Shown: positions 57,331-64,000 of the stretch, in pieces
How positions within the stretch are numbered: position 1 is the stretch's first letter
How the letters are laid out: the number at the start of each line of letters is the position of its first letter
Translations under genes and position numbers: made by a program
Notes under the pieces: model-generated
What the model was told of the DNA's origin: nothing
Databases searched by the model: none
Seen by the model: only the letters and a program-made list of their open reading frames with translations
From: Owenia fusiformis
Lineage: Eukaryota
Assembly (NCBI GenBank): GCA_903813345.2
Contig: CAIIXF020000001.1
Coordinates: 2,604,001 to 2,668,000, forward strand
Reading direction: 5' to 3'
DNA length: 64,000 bases

Positions 57331-58602
57331 GCCATCTTTTTATGGGGGGGGGGGGGGGGACTGGATGTCACATGTTTGCCACTGTTCTGTAGGGAAATGA
57401 AATTCCGTATTATGATGAGGACAAATGTAATTACGGCGCTGTCCAAATATTATTTTCTCTTTTATCTAAGAGAAATGGAAATTAATTTCACTTTTGAAAC
57501 AAAACACTCTAATGCAGCACCTCCCTAGTCTCCAATAGTATAATTCATTTCATGATTTTCATGCTGGACTACTTTATCAAATTCCAACAATCCATTTCAT
57601 CATATTAAAGTTAAATTCAGTTATCAAATTAGAGTTTACAGTAAATAAAGATACTGACATGAAAATGGGCTCTATTATATTCTAAATTAACCATATGACC
57701 GTATAATGAGCCCATTAAATTATAACAGGTAAGTTAACTGGTTAAACTGAGTAAGTTAAACCATTGAGGTCAGTTGCATATAAGATACAGCCAAATTGCC
57801 AAATAAAGATCTCTTGTTTTTTACAACTCCCGGACAAGCTCTCTTCTTTTTTGTTGTTTTAAGATCTCCTGTTTTAAAAATCAAAAGATAATCTCATATT
57901 TTACTCTATTGTTGATCTTGGAGATCAAGAAATAGACTAGTTTTGGTATTCTGTTTGCCTATTGTGCATAAATGGCCACTATGGACCGAGAGTGGTTTTG
58001 ATTGTGGATAACTTTCACCCACAATAGCCAACAATTATAAGTGGGGTTAAAATATCAACTGAGTTTCTTGTTTAACACAATGAAAAGCCATTTTCGCAAT
58101 TTCCCAACTACTAAAATACAAACAGGTTACCATTGCAAAGATAAAACTAAATTCAGGAAACATTTGTATTTTATACGAAAACCTCCACTATCTCCCATAT
58201 TAAATCAATCTCCACATCTCAATTGCTAAAGAATAACATTGCATTTGTGTGGTCCATGGATTACTGATCCTAAGCAGAGAGCTCACAATTCCAACATAGC
58301 ATTCTGCTAACTTTTCTTCTCTAAATACAACTTACAACTTTCTAAACAAAACTCTATTAACTTAAGAATGTTTTGGGGAGGAGCATTTTGTAAATCAACA
58401 GACTTGGTGTGAATTCCTCATTGGGCAAGTTCGAACATAGGTATAGCATAACACTGGAGATTCATTGATAAATTACAACTTAATATAAAATGGGAGTGAT
58501 TGACAGTATTTGAATATTGGTAATATTTGTGAAGTGATAATTTACTGACTTTCTCGCCGTTTCATTTCAAATGTACTCACAATATAGTTGTGGTAATAAA
58601 GG

Positions 58603-58633
58603 ATACAATACAATACAATACAATACAATACAA
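58603..58633. repeat. (ATACA)n pentanucleotide microsatellite
   Basis: About 6 copies. Confidence 0.9.
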
Positions 58634-59699
58634 CGCATACATGGATTTCTTCTATTACTTATCACATATATTCTTCCTACCAAAGAGCTAATTTATTGAA
58701 CATTTGAAAAAGACACAATGTGATATCTTAAATTGATTACTGCTAATCCAGATGTCTATACACCCATCAGCAGAAGATGTCAACAATATAGCACTTTCAA
58801 AAAGTGTCATAAAAACAGGTCAAATTGCAGAAGTACAAAGATGACCATAACATAAAGCACTTTCAAAAAGTGCAATAAAAATAGGTTGGGTTGTAAAAGT
58901 AGGACAAATTGCAAAAGTAATTTGATATGTAGACTTAGACATTGATTTTGGGTGGCTCTCATGAATTAAATTAGTTTTTGATTTTCACACCAAAAAGCAT
59001 CCCTAAAAATTTTTTAATCAAAATGTGCAGGCAAGACATTGCAGCAATTTTTTTTGTTTTAGGATGTAAAATTCTACATGGCCTCCTTCCAGCATGCCCA
59101 ATATGCAATCAGTTTAAATTTTCATTCCAAAAAGCATCACTGAACATTTCAAATTAATCGTTCAAACAAATCCTTCAAAAACAGATATCACTGACATCAT
59201 CCATCAAATATGAGGAAATTCATTTCACTGGTATTTGAGTCATTGCCAGGCCAGACAGATGGATTGAGAAAATGATAAAATACAATCAATATTTTTTCAA
59301 TCCATAATTCAAGATGGTACATAACATATTTCTACCATTGCTTGCACTAAGTTCACCTCTCTATGTAACAGATTTTACCAAAACGGATGTTTCAAATAGA
59401 AATAGACCCCTGTCATGCAGGAGCTCTTTGTATTCCCACACACAGAGCTTGCAGTATTCTTCATTAATTTGGTGCTATTTCATTTTTTTTTGATAAATTT
59501 CGCAATACTGCCACCTGTTTAGCTTGGTGAATTTTTTAATTTTTGCCCAGATGCTTGAGACTCCAATACAATGTGTTAAAACTGTAATATCATAGTCATA
59601 CCATTCTAATGATCAAATCAGGTTAAAAAATGAGAACCAGCACCAAAACAAAATTAATAGAGACTATCCATTTAAAGACTCTGGCATTTGTAATTTTCA

Positions 59700-60230
59700 C
59701 AAAAAAAATTGGTCAATTTGAAACAAGAAAAAGACCTTTTTTACCCTGAGAAGATCATTGAAGGTCAAATCTAAAGTCAGATTTGAACTTCTGAGAACTT
59801 GTAGATGATTTTGAAAAAAATTGGTCAATTTGAAGCAAGATAAAAAACCTTTTTTTTACATTGAGAATGTCATTGAAGGTCAAATCATTTTTGACCTTGA
59901 GGATGCCATTGAAGGTTAAATCTATAGTTAGATTGGAACTGTTGAGAACATGTAGATGATTTTGAAAAAATAGGTCAATTTGAAGCAAGTTGAAAAAATA
60001 CCTTTTTGACTTTTTTTGACCTTGAATAGGTCATTGAAGGTCAAATCTTAAATATGTAGTCAGATTTGATTTTCCGAAAACATGTAGATGATTTTGAAAA
60101 CGATTGATGTCAGTCAAAACAGTATTTGTTAAGTTATTGGAAGTTGTAAGAATTTGTTACAGACACCAACTGCCGTCAAAAAAACGGAGACCATAACAAT
60201 ATGTCACCACTTTTTGGTGATAACATAATA
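59700..60230 (+). mobile_element. Non-autonomous Helentron/Helitron-like element with internal tandem repeats and a 3' hairpin
   Basis: Three imperfect copies of GGTCAATTTGAA.CAAG...CATTGAAGGTCAAATC...GTAGATGATTTTGAAAA, then TTTGTTACAGACACCAAC...ACGGAGACCATA...ATGTCACCACTTTTTGGTG. The 3' end recurs at 61166-61272. The superfamily is an inference. Confidence 0.55.
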
Positions 60231-60294
60231 ATATGACTGAGTTATACTTCTGAAGCTAGACTTCTTATTACACAGTGTTGACAATAAGGCAATA

Positions 60295-60420
60295 AAATAA
60301 GAATCAAATTCATTAACCACTTTTTGAGTTATCGCTGGTATATAGGAATTGATGAACAGATAGACGGACAGATAGACAGCTTCTCTATATCCCTATTGAA
60401 CTTCATTCGGTGAATAAAAA
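60295..60420 (+). mobile_element. HINE/Helentron-like 3' remnant
   Basis: TTTTTGAGTTATCG, a (GACA/GATA) microsatellite tract at 60355-60380, then a degenerate hairpin and an A-run. Confidence 0.4.
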
Positions 60421-61165
60421 TATCATGTCATTCTTATTTTCATTGGTAGATAATTGAGACTCATTTTGAAGAGAATATTTTCTACAGTTCATTTTTAATA
60501 TCCCTTTTTATTGCAGAAATAGAAATGTTACAATGAATAATAAAATACATTTTGTTCTATATTTGTCTTACTCTCAAAAGTACCATTCACCCTGGGCTCC
60601 ATTATCAGTGAATATACGTAAAAGATGGATGGTTATCACTAAAAGGAAAATGTGATAAACTTTTTCACACAAATTCGTAGGTATCAGTCTGAATCCACAG
60701 GGAAGAGAGCTCAAATTCTGCATAGAAATAAAAGCAGGAATGTTACATTAAATTATATCAGTTTAAAGGGGTGTGGCATAGTCAATGATTTAATAATGTT
60801 TGTATGAGCTGATGTGTCCTTTTCTTACATCTCTCATAGGGAAGAAGGTTTAATCCAGTTTGATCCCATCTTTTTATCAGGTCAATGTTTATATATTATC
60901 TATTTGTTTGTTGTGTGATGCGGCCAATAAATGACTCATCTAGACATTGTATTGTTCATTTCTCAATATTTTGTCAATTTGGTTTTTGAAGCTGTTACAT
61001 CTTTGGCACTAATAGCAGATTCAGGTACATGGAGGTTGTTCCAGTTGATTGCAACATGTTGGGTAAAGGACATTTTTTAAGCTCTGTTCTATTGTATCTT
61101 ATCAAATTAAATTAAGCTGTTGGATTAGGATAAGACAAGGGATTAACATGCAAAATGTCACCACC

Positions 61166-61272
61166 ATTTGTTACAGACACCAACCGCCGATCGCAAACCC
61201 ACTGACTGCTGTCACAATGAAGAAACGGAGACCATATCAGTATGTCACCACTTTTTGGTGGTGACATAATAA
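61166..61272 (+). mobile_element. Second copy of the Helentron-like 3' end with an intact hairpin
   Basis: Shares ATTTGTTACAGACACCAAC and AAACGGAGACCATA with 60152-60230. Hairpin TATGTCACCAC-tttttg-GTGGTGACATA at 61241-61268. Confidence 0.6.
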
Positions 61273-62607
61273 ACCAGTCCATAATATTTTGATTTCCCAA
61301 ATATCCCAGGATTCAGAGCCCAACGTTCCTATAAATGCAAAACAAAAGGAACTTTGTGTTTCTGGGCGGGCCAGCACTCACTACGCTCCCTGCTGTAAAC
61401 TTTCATTTTCTTTCATAAATATGCTTACAAATTTAAATCCATCTTCTTTTTAGGGCACATATAACCTAAGCAATACATTATACCACCCTATATGACGTGA
61501 GTCCCTATTACTATACTCAATACTGGGGTTGGAGGTGATTCAACTTGACATTCCATCTTGAAGATTTAATGCAACTTCACAATGTAAATGCATTATTTTC
61601 TATTTTTTTATTTCTTAATATTATACTGTTTACACATATGAATTCATGCTCCCTTTCTCACATTTTATATACAGAGAATGTTTGCAAACTTTTTAGTCAC
61701 TTTTAAGAGTTCTTGTGGGAATAGGTACAATGCTATCATCTTAGATTTGTAAACAGCTAACATGGCATATCAATTCAACTATTGTGTACATTAAGAACTC
61801 TAAACACTAAATTAATATAAATAAAACAAACAAAAATCAACATAGAATTATTGTAAATACATATAGATAAAACCCCTTTGCACATAAACTAATAACACAA
61901 CACCAAGGCCTGATCCATTATCAATTATAAAGCACTTTATCTGTTATACAACTTCACATTTTACTCACTACTCAATCAAGAGTCTTGCATCAAATCTAAG
62001 GTAATCCCCCTAGTTGTTCCCAAGGAGTGTAAGAGGGAGTAAGGGATACAGGAGCTTAATGCAAGACTATGAACCAATTTTAATTGGATCTTTCTCGAAA
62101 ATATGGGCATTTTGTATGGTAAAAATGTTAATGACGTGGGGAAAAATTGGCAAATTACTTCATCAATAAATTACTCCCAAAACAAAGATCAATCAAAAAT
62201 CGAGTACATAGATAGATATTATAAATATTTATTTTGGTTGATTTTCATTTTGTTGTTGTAAAAAATGAATTATTGCAAGGATCATCTGATCATACATGAA
62301 CTCTAAACATAGAAAATGAATTTACATCAGTGCAAAATGTACACAATTGTGGGTGTTATTCCATGAACAGGGTGTAAACCACACAGCCATCTGATCAACA
62401 AATAACACCCACTTCTATCAAAATATTATTTTTCCTCAAAGATTTATTGTCTTTTCCTGAAATTGTCTTAGATTTGAATTCTGTCCAACAGTGTGGTATT
62501 TGGGTGTATCAATAACATGGAATGAGTGTCTAACATGAGTGTTTAACATGAGTAAGTCATGTGATCTAGATTCACGTATCATATGCCATTATTACAAAAG
62601 TCACTGT

Positions 62608-62725
62608 TTAACTGTACAGGTCATCGTCTCCATCATCCTGGAACTGGCTGCTGTCACCTCCGCTGCCCCCTGCTGGTTGGCTAGGTCCCGCGCCACCCCC
62701 ACTGCCTCCAGCTTGACTGGGGAAC
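62608..62725 (-). CDS. VCP: Last coding exon of transitional ER ATPase (VCP/p97/TER94/CDC48); the rest of the gene lies beyond the right edge
   Basis: Acceptor ccttcag|G TTC CCC... translates (R)FPSQAGGSGGGAGPSQPAGGSGGDSSQFQDDGDDDLYS*. This matches the p97 C-terminus (human [36 protein letters not shown]), including the HbYX tail. Confidence 0.9.
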
Positions 62726-64000
62726 CTGAAGGCAAACACGAAAAAACTTTGAACATTTTGTTGGATGATTTCTGAACCAATTTTGTCTGAAATACATCAA
62801 TTTCTAAAAGGAAGTCCCATCTAATCTAATTTGATAAAAAATTGATGAAATATTTTGATTAGAGGGTCATCCTATAATGCAATTTACAATTATGTTTTGG
62901 AACAACATTAAATTATTCACCTGTCCCTTACTACGAGAAAATCTGATCTTTACATGAAAACATTTCGAAGGGACATTGGACAAGTTTTCCAATCACTTAT
63001 ACCTTGTTAAGAGCCACCTTGATATAAGAACATATCCAGCCCTTCCTGAACATGCTCATACCAGACATGTTTTACTGTATAATAGATTTCGACATATTTG
63101 TCATTATTTAGAGACCCAAGCTGTTCATTTCAAAAATGTTTTCTTCACATTGATACTAACATTATGGACTGTTATAACACTTGATGGGTGTAATTTTAAA
63201 ATCATTGAGTACAGAAAACTGGTTGAAAGTTATAACATAGTTTGTCAGACTGAAGATCTGGAGGGACCTCCCAGGTTAACAATATTCTCTTGTTACAGGT
63301 GTTTCTCAGGTGAGATGTCAATATACATATTTCTGATCATGTGTTTTACATACAGGCCCCAAAGCTGTATAAATATTTACAATTCTCATAATACATTTAC
63401 ACAAACTTGGTATCCTCATGTGGCCAGGAATGTGTGTTATACTTGACTAATGGGAGGTGTTCCTCAAAGGGAATGATATTTCTAACTGAGAGGTACAAGT
63501 GTAGATCAGGAACGGAAGTGGCAATACTTAGAAACAGGAAAAGAGAAAGTCTGAGATTAGAACAGGTTATAGCTTTGGGATAGCATGCTGAGTGGGCTGG
63601 AGTTTGGGGCTGTTTATATTATGGCTGGTGTATATCTGAATGTCACGTCATAGGGAACAACCAAACCCTTTATTCAGATATTAATATCTAAAATGTTTAC
63701 AAATTCAACTGTCTGCAAGTTTGTCTGGGTTTCTATATAACGGCCTAATACATATCTACCACCAATTATTTGAATTTCATAAGAGACCATAATATTTCTG
63801 ACTTTTGAGGTTTGCTTTTTGGCAACAAGTTGAGCAAATATTATTGTTGAAAACAATAAAATTCACCCTGACCTACAAGCTGGGGGATGTTAAACAGTAA
63901 AACTTGTTTTCCCCATTTTGATATCTCACAGAGTGCAAAATTGAACTGTCATGTTCAGTTAGTCCATTCTAATATTGTGCCATATACATGTATATAGAAT

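Noticed and set aside
62976-63446. 156-aa plus-strand ORF
   Set aside because: It has a non-ATG start and no recognisable domain, and it lies antisense within the last VCP intron.

Overview
AT-rich, intron-rich eukaryotic DNA from an invertebrate, most likely a protostome or lophotrochozoan (inferred from gene style and the Patched C-tail motif). It holds three protein-coding loci. (1) At 1-16744 (+) is the 3' part of an ovochymase/polyserase-like polyprotease. I traced 24 GT-AG exons in one continuous frame (1714 aa + stop) with the order [trypsin1, partial]-CUB-trypsin2-Thr-rich repeat-trypsin3-CUB x4-trypsin4; trypsin4 is catalytically dead (GDFGGP, no IVGG). (2) At 20812-52404 (-) is a complete 22-exon patched gene (1364 aa). 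Its promoter and introns carry many GLI/Ci motifs and two RFX X-box-like palindromes. (3) At 62608-62725 (-) is the last coding exon of VCP/p97/CDC48, which the ORF track misses. The oddest structure is a 44-bp minisatellite built from an exon end plus its own splice donor (about 45 donor-like sites). It has a 264-bp higher-order repeat and is split by a MITE with a 3-bp TSD. Also present are several non-autonomous DNA transposons with clear TIRs/TSDs, a 159-bp near-perfect intronic hairpin, Helentron-like remnants and a decayed integrase fragment. No rRNA, tRNA or CRISPR array was seen.
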